This document shows positions 1-9,537 of a DNA stretch of 24,678 bases, piece by piece. A program made the position numbers and the translations under genes. The notes under the pieces are model-generated. The model had not been told where the DNA came from. It worked only from the letters and a program-made list of their open reading frames with translations, and did not search any database. The DNA lies in the IMG/VR virus record IMGVR_UViG_3300020042_005096, positions 1 to 24,678 of that record. One strand, written 5' to 3'. The stretch is from a virus (Duplodnaviria > Caudoviricetes). How positions within the stretch are numbered: position 1 is the stretch's first letter; each line of letters begins with the position of its first letter.

Positions 1-174
1 AGCAAAGTTAGAGATAGGCAAATACAAGCTGCTACAACTGTTGCTTATATGATTAAGCGAATGGGGATAAAGGCTACTCACTTTTGGCGAGATGCTACAA
101 CTGAATTTAGCAACATAGTAGAGAAAGAATTAGGGATGGCTGTAAAAATAGACATAATAAATAATTTTAAGTAA
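1..174 (+). CDS. partial CDS (3' end), probable tail-completion/HK97 gp10-like virion protein
   Basis: Frame 1 is open from base 1: SKVRDRQIQAATTVAYMIKRMGIKATHFWRDATTEFSNIVEKELGMAVKIDIINNFK*. The stop TAA at 172-174 overlaps the next ATG (TAATG). GIKATHFW resembles the C-terminal motif of gp10-like neck proteins. Confidence 0.5.
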   Translation, partial: SKVRDRQIQAATTVAYMIKRMGIKATHFWRDATTEFSNIVEKELGMAVKIDIINNFK

Positions 175-1247
175 TGACATTTGAAACAACTCCAGATAAT
201 TATCAATCAGTAAATGACATATTAGTTTATGTTGTTTATGATGCTAATTCAGTAGATCCAACTAAATTAGATTATAAGTATGTTGCTGAGATATGGTGTG
301 CAGGTGCTAAGGTTCACACTATGAGAACATACCCTAATCCAGTAAATAATAGAGGGATATTTGACACCGCATCAATAATTAGAGAATCAATAACGCCATC
401 ACTAACAACTGATTTAGGAACTGGAAAATGGTGGATTAATGTTCAAGTAAAGATACGTGAGGAATACAATGGAACAGTTGGGGCTATAGTTGCAACATCT
501 ACAGAAAAGATATTCTTTAACACTTACAATGGTCGTGTTGATACATTAACAGGATTGAGCAGCTACACTAACAAAGTGCTAAGCAACAGACCTACTACTA
601 TTTATTTGCCGAGTGGTTGTGCTACTTTTTACGTTCCATACTTCGCAGCAAGTTCATCAAGTTTCAATGTAACTATAAATGGAACTACTACATCGGTAAC
701 TCCTGCAGCAGCAAACAGTTTAATCAACATCAATATTGCTAATAGCTTAACGGCTGATTATACAGTAGTTATTAATGGAGTTACTTATAATGTGGTTGTA
801 TATTGTAGTGGTTTATACGATAACTACATTGTTCACTTTCTAAATAAGTTCGGAGGTTTTGAATCAGTACTATTTAACAAGGTAAGTAAAAAGACTTTTG
901 ATATTGAACGCAAATCATTTCAACAGTTACCTTATCGAGTTAGTAGTAGTGGAGTTGTTAGCATCAAATCATCAAACATTATGCACGAACAAAAGACAAT
1001 GTTCGGGGTTAAGTTTAATGAAAAGTTAAGAGTATCAACAGACCTATTAAGTACCGAAGAATGGAGTTGGTTAAGTCAGTTAGTTTGTTCACCTATGGCA
1101 TACATTCAACAGTTAGGAAGTAGTACACTTTACCCGATGGCAATAGCAGCTACTAACTATGAATTTAAGCAAACCTTAGTAGATGGGTTGCAGCAATTAA
1201 CCTTAGATGTTGAATTTAATAATGGCTATAAAACGCAGTATAGATAA
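174..1247 (+). CDS. putative tail/virion structural protein
   Basis: 357 aa, beta-rich and S/T/N-rich. The C-terminal FLNKFGGFE...WLSQLVCSP segment is typical of Bacteroidota phage tail-region proteins. Coupled by TAATG overlaps to both neighbours. Confidence 0.55.
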   Translation: MTFETTPDNYQSVNDILVYVVYDANSVDPTKLDYKYVAEIWCAGAKVHTMRTYPNPVNNRGIFDTASIIRESITPSLTTDLGTGKWWINVQVKIREEYNGTVGAIVATSTEKIFFNTYNGRVDTLTGLSSYTNKVLSNRPTTIYLPSGCATFYVPYFAASSSSFNVTINGTTTSVTPAAANSLININIANSLTADYTVVINGVTYNVVVYCSGLYDNYIVHFLNKFGGFESVLFNKVSKKTFDIERKSFQQLPYRVSSSGVVSIKSSNIMHEQKTMFGVKFNEKLRVSTDLLSTEEWSWLSQLVCSPMAYIQQLGSSTLYPMAIAATNYEFKQTLVDGLQQLTLDVEFNNGYKTQYR

Positions 1248-3319
1248 TGATAGAGTTATTTGTAGAGAAATATAGTGTTGATGTTGACAAGTCATTTAGC
1301 GTAATGCTAACTATGGCAATAGATGACATAAAAGACTTTTCAGCTAAAAATACAACATTTAGCAAGACTATTATTTTACCCGGAACTAATCGAAATAATG
1401 CTTTATTTGGCAATTTGTTTGATGTTTCGGCTGGCAACAATTACACTTCATCAAGTGCAAATACTGGTGTTAATTTTAATGCAAGTGTTTCGGCTAATGC
1501 TATAATGTTTGCAGATAATATTCAAGTGTTTAAAGGCACATTTAGAATATTAGAAGTTGTTATTGATAATGGAAATGTTGAATACGAAGCGGTAGTGTTT
1601 GGTGAGTTGGGGGGCTTTGTTTCAAAGATGGGGGCAGCTAAATTAGAGGACCTGGATTTTTCAGCTTACAATCATACTTACTCAATAGCTAATATTACAG
1701 GGAGTTGGACTAATGCAGCTGGTGGTAGTGGTTACTATTACCCATTAATAGATTACGGCAATTATTCGGCTGCAAAAAAAGATTATAAGGTAGGTACATT
1801 TAGACCGGCATTGTTTGCGAAAGAATACATTGACAAGATATTTTCTGCTGCTGGTTATACTTATGATTGTGCATTATTTGCCACAACAAGGTTTAAAAGA
1901 TTAATCATACCGAACAATAAAAAAGAGCTAACAAGAAAAAGTTCATTACAGTTTGACGCTGGTAGTAACGTTATCAATAATTCAATAACTGCCGATAGTT
2001 TGCCACATACTTTAGCGTTGCCAATACAAACAGCTTTAGGAACGTTTACAGCTTCATTAGGTAATACTCGATTTACTTATGCAGGTTCTACAATTACAGG
2101 AACTGTTAATGTAACTATTACAGGTAGTATTGATGCCACAGGTATTGACGGTGGGGCAAGTTGTTATTTAGCATTAAATGGTTCAGCAATAAGTTCTATA
2201 ATGTCAGGTTCTTCAGGAGTTGTTACAGATTATATTAATCAAGTAATAACAACTAATGCTGTAAGCATATCTAACGGGGATTATTTAGAAGTTATTGCAG
2301 TTGGTAGCGATACTATGAGCAATAGTTTTGATGTTAATTTTATAAGCCTACGAATAACATACGGCAACACAGGACAAGGATATGTTTTAGTTAATATAGA
2401 TGAATCACTTGTAATCAATGACACCATTCCTCAGAACATTCTGCAAAAGGATTTTATAAGTAGCATAGTAAAACTATTCAACCTTTACATTTTCGAAGAT
2501 AATACCAAAGAAAAGAATTTGCAAATAAAACCTTTCGTTGATTTTTATGCAGGTGCAACTGCTTTAGATTGGAGTAATAAAATAGACCGTTCGCAGCCAT
2601 TGAGAATAAAACCAATGAGTGAATTAAACGCTAGATATTATGACTTTAAATTCAAAGATGATGGAGATTATTATAACGATTTATACAAGAAAAGATATAA
2701 TGAAAGTTACGGCTCTTACAAATATGATAGCGGATTTGAATTTAGTAAAGACTCAACCACTATCGAATTAATATTTAGCGGAACTCCTTTACTAGGTTAT
2801 ACTGGTGAAGATAAAGTAGTTAGCACAATCTTTAAAAGAACTGGAACAACAACTGGATCAGGAGAAGAAAGTATAGATAGCAATATTAGAATTTTACAAG
2901 CTAAATTAATTAGTGGTGTTGCAACATGGCATATTAGAAACGCAGCCAATAATTCAAACATACATTCTGGAACTACATATCCTTATGCAGGTCACTTTGA
3001 TGACCCTGATGCACCAACTAACGACATTCAGTTTGGTGTCCCAAAAGAATTATTTTATGAGTTGATTAGTGGTGCAATAAACGTTAATCAATTTAATCTG
3101 TATTGGTCATCTTATATGGCTGAAATAACCGATAAGGATAGTAAACTATTAACGTGCAAAGTGAAGTTATCAAATACTGATATTTTCAACTTAGACTTTA
3201 AAAAGTTAATATGGATTGATGGCAGTTTGTTTAGGTTGAATAAGATAATAGACTTTAACGCAAGTAGTGAAGATACTTGCACAATCGAGGCTTTAAAAAT
3301 AATAAATAAAATATACTAA
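1247..3319 (+). CDS. putative tail tip/baseplate hub structural protein
   Basis: 690 aa. N-terminus (DDIKDFSAKNTTFSKTIILPG) and C-terminus (IWIDGSLFRLNKIIDF) look like a hub protein, with a variable beta-rich middle. Lies immediately before the tape measure gene. Confidence 0.6.
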   Translation: MIELFVEKYSVDVDKSFSVMLTMAIDDIKDFSAKNTTFSKTIILPGTNRNNALFGNLFDVSAGNNYTSSSANTGVNFNASVSANAIMFADNIQVFKGTFRILEVVIDNGNVEYEAVVFGELGGFVSKMGAAKLEDLDFSAYNHTYSIANITGSWTNAAGGSGYYYPLIDYGNYSAAKKDYKVGTFRPALFAKEYIDKIFSAAGYTYDCALFATTRFKRLIIPNNKKELTRKSSLQFDAGSNVINNSITADSLPHTLALPIQTALGTFTASLGNTRFTYAGSTITGTVNVTITGSIDATGIDGGASCYLALNGSAISSIMSGSSGVVTDYINQVITTNAVSISNGDYLEVIAVGSDTMSNSFDVNFISLRITYGNTGQGYVLVNIDESLVINDTIPQNILQKDFISSIVKLFNLYIFEDNTKEKNLQIKPFVDFYAGATALDWSNKIDRSQPLRIKPMSELNARYYDFKFKDDGDYYNDLYKKRYNESYGSYKYDSGFEFSKDSTTIELIFSGTPLLGYTGEDKVVSTIFKRTGTTTGSGEESIDSNIRILQAKLISGVATWHIRNAANNSNIHSGTTYPYAGHFDDPDAPTNDIQFGVPKELFYELISGAINVNQFNLYWSSYMAEITDKDSKLLTCKVKLSNTDIFNLDFKKLIWIDGSLFRLNKIIDFNASSEDTCTIEALKIINKIY

Positions 3320-5340
3320 TGGCAGACATAGAAATAAAAGCTAGGATAAGTGCAGACACAAGCGATGCAACGAAAGGGGTAGATAAGCTAAACAACTCAT
3401 TAGGTGCAACTAAAAAAAGCACAAGTGATAGCGTTGGTAGTTTTGGCAACTTAAAAAAAACGTTAAGCGACATTTCACCGGCTGCGGATGGTGCAAGTAA
3501 GGGGGCTAGTATGCTAAACGGGGCATTAAATATGCTACGTGCTAATCCTATTATTGCAGTCATTTCTTTACTTGTAATAACTATTGTAGCTCTATTTGAG
3601 AAGTTTAGAAAGATGGAAGGCGTAAGTGATAGCTTAGGCAAGGCTTGGGGAACTTTAAGCGGTGTTTTTAGTAAGTTTTTAAATGCAGTATTAACTCCAT
3701 TGATTGATGGTTTTGTTAAGTTAGTTGAACTATTTACGGGTGGGGTTATTGCAGTTCTCGAAACATTGGGAATTACAAGCGAAAAGACTGCAGAACGTTT
3801 CGGAGAAATAACAGAGGCGCTTGACGATTTAGAGGATGCCCAAAAAAATGCAGCTATTGCAACAGCTGAAAGTAATAGGAAATTACAAGAGGCAAGGGAA
3901 ATAGCAGGGGATGCGAATGTTCCAATAAAAGAAAGGATTGAGGCATTAAAATTAGCAGGCAAAATAGAGAAAGAAGAACTTGACAAAGTAGTTGAAGTTA
4001 ATAGAATGAAAACTGCTTTAGTGCTGGAGCAAATAGCAATGGAGTTAGGGGCTAAAAGTAGTTTGATTGCTAAAATAAAAGAGGGTAGCTTAGAGAATTT
4101 GAAAGCAGCAAGGTTGGAACTTGCTAATATGAAAAACGTTGATAAAGAGAAATTATATGCTATCGACCAACAAATAATTGCAGCAGAAAATGCAGCTGCT
4201 CAAAGTGCAAAGATTGGTAAAAAAACACAATCACAAATTGACAGTTTAAATAAAGAACAAGCAGCAAAAGAAAAGGAAGCAGCTGATAAACGCAAAGCAC
4301 AACAAGACAAAGAAACCGCTGAATATAACAAGTATTTACAGTTAAAGAATAAACTAACTAATGAGGCTAATTTAGCAGCTATTCAAGATGAAGTAAAGCT
4401 AAATATTCAAAAGGTTTTAAATAGTGAAAAAGATAAGATAAAAGAAATTGAAACTGCTGTTAAAGATGAAAAGAGAAAAGCCGAATTAATAGCAATGATT
4501 AAACAATCTTCTTTACAAGAGATTGCCAAAATTGAAAGGGATGACAGAATAAAGAAAGCAAAGGCAGAACAAGCTGAAGAAGAAAAAGCACTTGAAGAAA
4601 AAAAGAAAAAAGATGCTGATAATTTAGCAAAGCAAATTGCAGCAAATGATAAAAAAGCCGAGGCATTATTTAAAGCAGAAGAGGAACGTAAAAAGAAAGA
4701 AGAAGAACAAAGGCAATTAGGAATTGAATTACTTAATCCTTACGATAAAGAAGTTGCACAACTTGAAGAAGCATATAAAAAGAAATTAGAAATAGCTAAG
4801 GGAAATGAGGCTTTGATTGCAGCGGTTGAAAAAGAATTTGGTGAGCAAAAGATAGCATTAAGAGCAGCACATAAACAACAAGAACTTGATATTGTTGGAG
4901 GTATGGCAGGGCAATTATCAGGATTATTAGGAAAACAAACAGCAGCAGGAAAAGCAGCAGCGGTAGCAGGTGCAACTATTGATACTTATTCAGCAGCGTG
5001 GAAAGCTTTTAGTAATGCTCAAAAAAATCCGATTTCAATAATAGGTCCAGCATATCCATATATTTCGGCAGGTTTGGCAGTTGCAGGAGGTTTGGCAAAT
5101 ATTAAAAACATTTTATCAGTACCTGCACCGGGTGGCGGTGGTGGTAGTACACCAACAGCTGGTTCAGTTCCATCTCCGATAACACCGCAACAACAATCCA
5201 CTATGTTAAATAGTGCAAGTATTCAAGGTGTAGGTAATGCAGCTGGTTCAGGAGTTGGTAGGTCATTTGTTTTAGACACAGACATTAAAGACAATCAAGA
5301 AAGACAAGCAAGGATAAATAGGGCAGCAAGGTTGGGATAG
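3319..5340 (+). CDS. tail tape measure protein
   Basis: 673 aa. Starts ADIEIKARISADTS, contains the ANPIIAVI hydrophobic segment, a long A/E/K coiled coil, and a C-terminal G/A-rich hydrophobic region. Confidence 0.8.
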   Translation: MADIEIKARISADTSDATKGVDKLNNSLGATKKSTSDSVGSFGNLKKTLSDISPAADGASKGASMLNGALNMLRANPIIAVISLLVITIVALFEKFRKMEGVSDSLGKAWGTLSGVFSKFLNAVLTPLIDGFVKLVELFTGGVIAVLETLGITSEKTAERFGEITEALDDLEDAQKNAAIATAESNRKLQEAREIAGDANVPIKERIEALKLAGKIEKEELDKVVEVNRMKTALVLEQIAMELGAKSSLIAKIKEGSLENLKAARLELANMKNVDKEKLYAIDQQIIAAENAAAQSAKIGKKTQSQIDSLNKEQAAKEKEAADKRKAQQDKETAEYNKYLQLKNKLTNEANLAAIQDEVKLNIQKVLNSEKDKIKEIETAVKDEKRKAELIAMIKQSSLQEIAKIERDDRIKKAKAEQAEEEKALEEKKKKDADNLAKQIAANDKKAEALFKAEEERKKKEEEQRQLGIELLNPYDKEVAQLEEAYKKKLEIAKGNEALIAAVEKEFGEQKIALRAAHKQQELDIVGGMAGQLSGLLGKQTAAGKAAAVAGATIDTYSAAWKAFSNAQKNPISIIGPAYPYISAGLAVAGGLANIKNILSVPAPGGGGGSTPTAGSVPSPITPQQQSTMLNSASIQGVGNAAGSGVGRSFVLDTDIKDNQERQARINRAARLG

Positions 5341-5450
5341 TGGTACATACTATAGTACATTAGTAAATGTACCATAAGAAATAAAAATAAGCTGAAATGC
5401 AATAGTAGTAAGGATTTAATAGGTACTGTACTAGTACAGTACTATAAGAA
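5341..5450. repeat. GTAC-rich palindrome/inverted-repeat cluster
   Basis: TGGTACAT (5341-5348) and ATGTACCA (5367-5374) form an inverted repeat. GTACTGTACTAGTACAGTAC (5423-5442) is a perfect 20-bp palindrome. Direct repeat GTACYATAAGAA at 5369-5380 and 5439-5450. Confidence 0.85.
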
Positions 5451-5463
5451 TTTAAACATAAAA

Positions 5464-5493
5464 TAAATCCCAATGTAGAAACATCGGGATTTA
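5464..5493 (+). terminator. stem-loop, possible terminator or RNA element after the tail operon
   Basis: TAAATCCC-a-ATGT-AGAA-ACAT-c-GGGATTTA hairpin with only a weak U-tract. Confidence 0.5.
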
Positions 5494-5551
5494 ACCAAAA
5501 TTTTTAAACATTAAAAAAACTACAAAAGCAAATATAACTAAAATAATTTAT

Positions 5552-6913
5552 ATGTTACCAATTTACGAGTTGAAGATTTCTGAAAACATAAACGATGACA
5601 GCGAAGTGAATTTTGTTGCATTAGTTGATAAACCAGCTATTGAGAAAAACTTTTTAGCTTTTCAATTTGTTGAACCAACAAATGGAGAAAGGCAAACAGA
5701 CTTTATCCCACGTTGTATAAGCTATGTTATTAATGAGGGTAAAAGCAATGAGCAAGCAGTAGCAATATGCAACTCGATGTGGGAACAACATTTTGCAGAA
5801 AATACCTACAACGACTATCCAAAAAAAGCAAGTGAAAATGCACAAGCAGCTTTAAACTATGCTGAAAAATATGGATGGGGAACTTGTGGTACACCAGTCG
5901 GAAAAACAAGAGCAAATCAACTTGCAAAAGGTGAAAATATTAGTAGAGATACTATTGCTAGAATGTCATCATTTGAAAGGCATAGACAAAATTCAAATAA
6001 AGAATTGGGTGATGGTTGTGGTCGATTAATGTGGTTAGCTTGGGGTGGTGATGAGGGTATTGCATGGGCAACTAAAAAGCTTGCACAAATAGATAAATTT
6101 GAAAGTCAATATTCAGTAAATATGGCAGATCAAAAAGTTTCTTTTGATTATGATGATACACTTTCAACTACAAGAGGCAAAGACTTAGCAAAGCAATGTA
6201 TTGACAAAGGCGAAGATGTTTATATTATTTCAGCTAGAGATAGCAAAGACGGAATGTTATCAGTAGCTAATGAATTAGGAATTGCATCAAGTAAAGTTTA
6301 TGCTACAGGTAGCAATAAAGCAAAAGTTGAAAAGATTAAGGAATTAGGAATAAGCAAACACTATGATAATAATATTGATGTAATAAAAGAACTTGGAAGC
6401 ATAGGCGAAAAGTTTATGAAACAAAATTTTGCAATTAGCAATGAAGATAAGCGTATTATTTCAGGACCATTAATGATTGCAGAAAAACCAATATATCGCA
6501 ATGATGATCAAGGCGAATATTATATAAAATTTTCAGCAGAAACTATAAAACAGATTGCTATTAAGTATGCAAAAAAAGGATTTCAAAATAATGTTAACTT
6601 AATGCACGATAGCGGTTCGGTTGTTAGTGGATTGACTTTATTTGAAAGTTTTATATGTGATACTGAAAGGGGAATAATGCCGATGCAAGGTTTTGAAGAT
6701 TTACCAAATGGAAGCTGGTTTGGTTCTTTCTATGTTGAGAATGATGAGGTTTGGGCGGATGTTAAAGCTGGAAAATTCAAAGGGTTTAGTGTTGAGGGCT
6801 TATTCAAATACAAACCAACACAAACAGAAATGACGGCAGAAATGGCAGCGGATGAAATTTTAACGCTCTTAAATCAAACAAACGAAGACTTTGATAGTTG
6901 TATTGTAGAATAA
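5552..6913 (+). CDS. prohead maturation protease (XkdF-like) with inserted accessory domains, including a HAD-like domain
   Basis: N-terminal VALVDKPAIE and C-terminal KRIISGPLMIA..NLMH..GSWF..FKGFSVEG match XkdF-like proteases. Internal FDYDDTL...ISAR...K...YDNN match HAD motifs. Located before the scaffold and capsid genes. Confidence 0.8.
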   Translation: MLPIYELKISENINDDSEVNFVALVDKPAIEKNFLAFQFVEPTNGERQTDFIPRCISYVINEGKSNEQAVAICNSMWEQHFAENTYNDYPKKASENAQAALNYAEKYGWGTCGTPVGKTRANQLAKGENISRDTIARMSSFERHRQNSNKELGDGCGRLMWLAWGGDEGIAWATKKLAQIDKFESQYSVNMADQKVSFDYDDTLSTTRGKDLAKQCIDKGEDVYIISARDSKDGMLSVANELGIASSKVYATGSNKAKVEKIKELGISKHYDNNIDVIKELGSIGEKFMKQNFAISNEDKRIISGPLMIAEKPIYRNDDQGEYYIKFSAETIKQIAIKYAKKGFQNNVNLMHDSGSVVSGLTLFESFICDTERGIMPMQGFEDLPNGSWFGSFYVENDEVWADVKAGKFKGFSVEGLFKYKPTQTEMTAEMAADEILTLLNQTNEDFDSCIVE

Positions 6914-6921
6914 ATTATTTT

Positions 6922-7476
6922 ATGAGTACAAATTTAAAAGATAAACTAGAGAAAATAAAAGGAGCGTTTGAGGTTTTAGCTGCAAAATTCAATGCTGCTG
7001 AACCAACTCCAACTCCTACACCTGAGCCTATACCTGCAAAGATGGCTACAGATTACAAAACTTTAGATGGTCAAACTGTATTGAGTATTTCAACTTTAGA
7101 AGTTGGCGGAGATGTTATGATTGGCGAAACCGCTGCCCCCGATGGCACTCACACCTTAGAAGATGGAACTGTTATCGTTACAGTTGGCGGTAAAATTACA
7201 GAGGTTAAAGGTACTGAACCAATAGTTTCAGAAATGCCTGAAGAAATGAAAAAGATGCAAGACACTATTACTAAAATGAGTTCACAAATTGCATCATTAG
7301 AAGCTGCAATAAATACGCAAAAGCAAAACTTTAATGCTTCAATTACAACTAACAAAGACCTTATGGAATTAGTTGTTGAATTAAGCGAAAAAAGCATAAC
7401 TGCACCAGTAGAGAAAGTAGTTGATTATTCAAAACTTACTCCGCTTCAAAAATTTAGATTAAGCAAACAAAATTAA
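6922..7476 (+). CDS. head scaffolding protein
   Basis: The ATG at 6922 is preferred over the TTG at 6898. Contains a PTPTPTPEP linker, an APDGTHTLEDGTVIVTVGGKITEV motif and a C-terminal coiled coil. Lies between the protease and the capsid gene. Confidence 0.65.
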   Translation: MSTNLKDKLEKIKGAFEVLAAKFNAAEPTPTPTPEPIPAKMATDYKTLDGQTVLSISTLEVGGDVMIGETAAPDGTHTLEDGTVIVTVGGKITEVKGTEPIVSEMPEEMKKMQDTITKMSSQIASLEAAINTQKQNFNASITTNKDLMELVVELSEKSITAPVEKVVDYSKLTPLQKFRLSKQN

Positions 7477-7503
7477 TAATAAAAAAAACAATAAATAAAA
7501 GTT

Positions 7504-8526
7504 ATGGCAATTTCATACAACATTGTAGACATTCGTGGCGTAGCAGCCGAGCCAGTAGTAGAAGAGATACTATTTCAAAATGACACCATCAACAAAGGTT
7601 TAGTAACCCTTGAAGAGGATGTTAAAGCTGAAACAATTTTCACAGAAGCAACAGCTACTGCAACTTTACAAGCATATACAAGCGGTGCTCCTACTTCATC
7701 AGGTTCACTTACTGCATTTGATGTAGCAGTTACTCCAGTAAAAACTCAATTTTATCAAGAGTTTGACCCAAACACTATTCGCTTTTCACGTTTCAAAAGA
7801 GATCTAAAGCCTGGTGCTTGGGAGATATTCAGTAACGAATTTGAAAGAATTGTTATTGGTGGATTATACGCACAACAAGTTTCTAATGCTATCGAGAAAG
7901 AATTTTGGCAAGGTGTAACAAGTGCAACAAAAACAGCGGTTGCAGCTTTAACAGCAGGCACTGCTAACACATCAGTAGGTGCAGCAGAAAAGACAGCAGT
8001 TGCAGCTTTAACAACTTCACAAACAGATGGCGTTATTGCTAAGATGATTTACAATAGTTCAAATGCTACACTTACAGCAGGTGTAGGAACAAGAATTAAA
8101 GTAGCAGGAACAACTGTAACTGCATCTGTCATTAAAGCTGAATACGACAAAGTGTATGCAGCAATACCAGCAGTTGTTTTAACTGGTTCTGAAATGCCTA
8201 TGATATACGCTCCAAAGAGCCATAAGCAAATGTTAATTCAAGCAAACAACGTAACTAGTGATTACAAAAAGCCATTCGATATTAGCCCTAATATGGATAG
8301 CTTTTACTTCAATGGTTTAATGATTGTATTTGTGCCAATACCTGAAAACGTTGTTATATGTGCTTTAAAATCGCACTTAATTTGGTGTACAGATTTACAA
8401 AGCGACATCAACAAAGTACAACTTGATAAGATTGCTTTAAACAGAGAGGATATGTTTATTAAAAACAATATGACTATTGCTGCTCACGTTGTAAATCAAA
8501 AGTTTAACGTTCTTTACGTAGGATAA
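7504..8526 (+). CDS. major capsid protein
   Basis: 340 aa, directly after protease and scaffold. Strong A-rich leader, followed by a hairpin. Size and composition fit an HK97-fold capsid protein. Confidence 0.75.
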   Translation: MAISYNIVDIRGVAAEPVVEEILFQNDTINKGLVTLEEDVKAETIFTEATATATLQAYTSGAPTSSGSLTAFDVAVTPVKTQFYQEFDPNTIRFSRFKRDLKPGAWEIFSNEFERIVIGGLYAQQVSNAIEKEFWQGVTSATKTAVAALTAGTANTSVGAAEKTAVAALTTSQTDGVIAKMIYNSSNATLTAGVGTRIKVAGTTVTASVIKAEYDKVYAAIPAVVLTGSEMPMIYAPKSHKQMLIQANNVTSDYKKPFDISPNMDSFYFNGLMIVFVPIPENVVICALKSHLIWCTDLQSDINKVQLDKIALNREDMFIKNNMTIAAHVVNQKFNVLYVG

Positions 8527-8539
8527 AATTAACTAACAA

Positions 8540-8559
8540 GGGGAGTGTAACAACTCCCC
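8540..8559 (+). terminator. stem-loop after the capsid gene (weak terminator or mRNA stabiliser)
   Basis: GGGGAGT-gtaaca-ACTCCCC, followed by AT-rich sequence without a true U-run. Confidence 0.6.
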
Positions 8560-8574
8560 ATAATTATATAGATT

Positions 8575-9093
8575 ATGCCGTGTGTATTAACACAAAATTA
8601 TTCATTAGATTGCAACGATTCATTTGGTGGTGTCAAAGAACTTTGGTTTATTGAAAAAGCAAATGTAACAATTGCAGCAACAGCTGGTATTACAACTACT
8701 ATCACTAAGGCAGTAGGTAAGAAATTTTGGAAGTATGAGTTAATTCATCAAACAGCTGACGTTACTGAAAGCAAAGCAGGAAGTAGAGAGAATGGGACTA
8801 ATATGGTAACTCAAACGATTAAGTTTCCTATCAACAAATTATCGGTTTCTTTGCGTAACGAATTAGAGTTGTTATTTCAAAATTTATTAGTTGCAGTTGC
8901 AGTTGATAACAATGGCACTCCTTGGATTTATGGAGTTGATTTTGGAATGAAAGCAACTCAAGCAGATGCTAAGACTGGTATCAAATTAGGTGACAGAAAT
9001 GGCTATGAGATTACACTTGTAGGCGAAGAGAAAGTATTTGCTTTAAAAGTAGATAGTACTTCTTATGCAGCACTTGCAACAGTAGGGGCATAG
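8575..9093 (+). CDS. probable major tail tube protein
   Basis: 172 aa with MPC..DCNDSFGGVKEL, SRENGT, VDNNG and GDRNGYEITLVGEE. I recognise this pattern as the structural protein that follows the capsid gene in Bacteroidota siphoviruses. Followed by a strong terminator. Confidence 0.6.
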   Translation: MPCVLTQNYSLDCNDSFGGVKELWFIEKANVTIAATAGITTTITKAVGKKFWKYELIHQTADVTESKAGSRENGTNMVTQTIKFPINKLSVSLRNELELLFQNLLVAVAVDNNGTPWIYGVDFGMKATQADAKTGIKLGDRNGYEITLVGEEKVFALKVDSTSYAALATVGA

Positions 9094-9120
9094 TAATAAA
9101 ATATTTTAGAATTTTAATAA

Positions 9121-9153
9121 GGCGTGGCGAATAATAACGCCACGCTTTTTTTT
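9121..9153 (+). terminator. Rho-independent terminator
   Basis: GGCGTGGCG-aataataa-CGCCACGC followed by T8. Confidence 0.85.
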
Positions 9154-9537
9154 ATGATAATACTTTCAAAAAATAGTACATCTGATATTGTGATAGTGAC
9201 GCTTGAAGAAAGTAGGACATTAAATAACCCTTACTATTTATTTGTTTTCAAGTCAACTACACCAGAATTTACAGTTACTAAAATTGTAAATAGTGCCGAT
9301 GATGCAAGTAATTTTAAAAATAGATTTAACTCATTTACTTTTAATACTTCGACTATATTTGCATCAGCCGAAGCAGGGCAATATCAATACTATGTTTACG
9401 AGCAAGCGAGCAGCAGCAATACAAATACTACAGGACTTAATTTAGTTGAATGTGGTAAAATGTTTTTAAAGCAAACAGCAGCGGATATATTCACAGGCTA
9501 CCAGCCTACAACAACTTACAAAGGTTACAATGGCTAA
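9154..9537 (+). CDS. hypothetical virion-associated protein
   Basis: The ATG at 9154 lies just after the terminator, whereas the ORF-track GTG at 9124 lies inside the hairpin. Contains GQYQYYVYEQ..LVECGK and overlaps the portal start. Confidence 0.6.
   Translation: MIILSKNSTSDIVIVTLEESRTLNNPYYLFVFKSTTPEFTVTKIVNSADDASNFKNRFNSFTFNTSTIFASAEAGQYQYYVYEQASSSNTNTTGLNLVECGKMFLKQTAADIFTGYQPTTTYKGYNG

Noticed and set aside
9124-9153. ORF-track GTG start for the gene before the portal
   Set aside because: It lies inside the terminator hairpin; the ATG at 9154 is more plausible.
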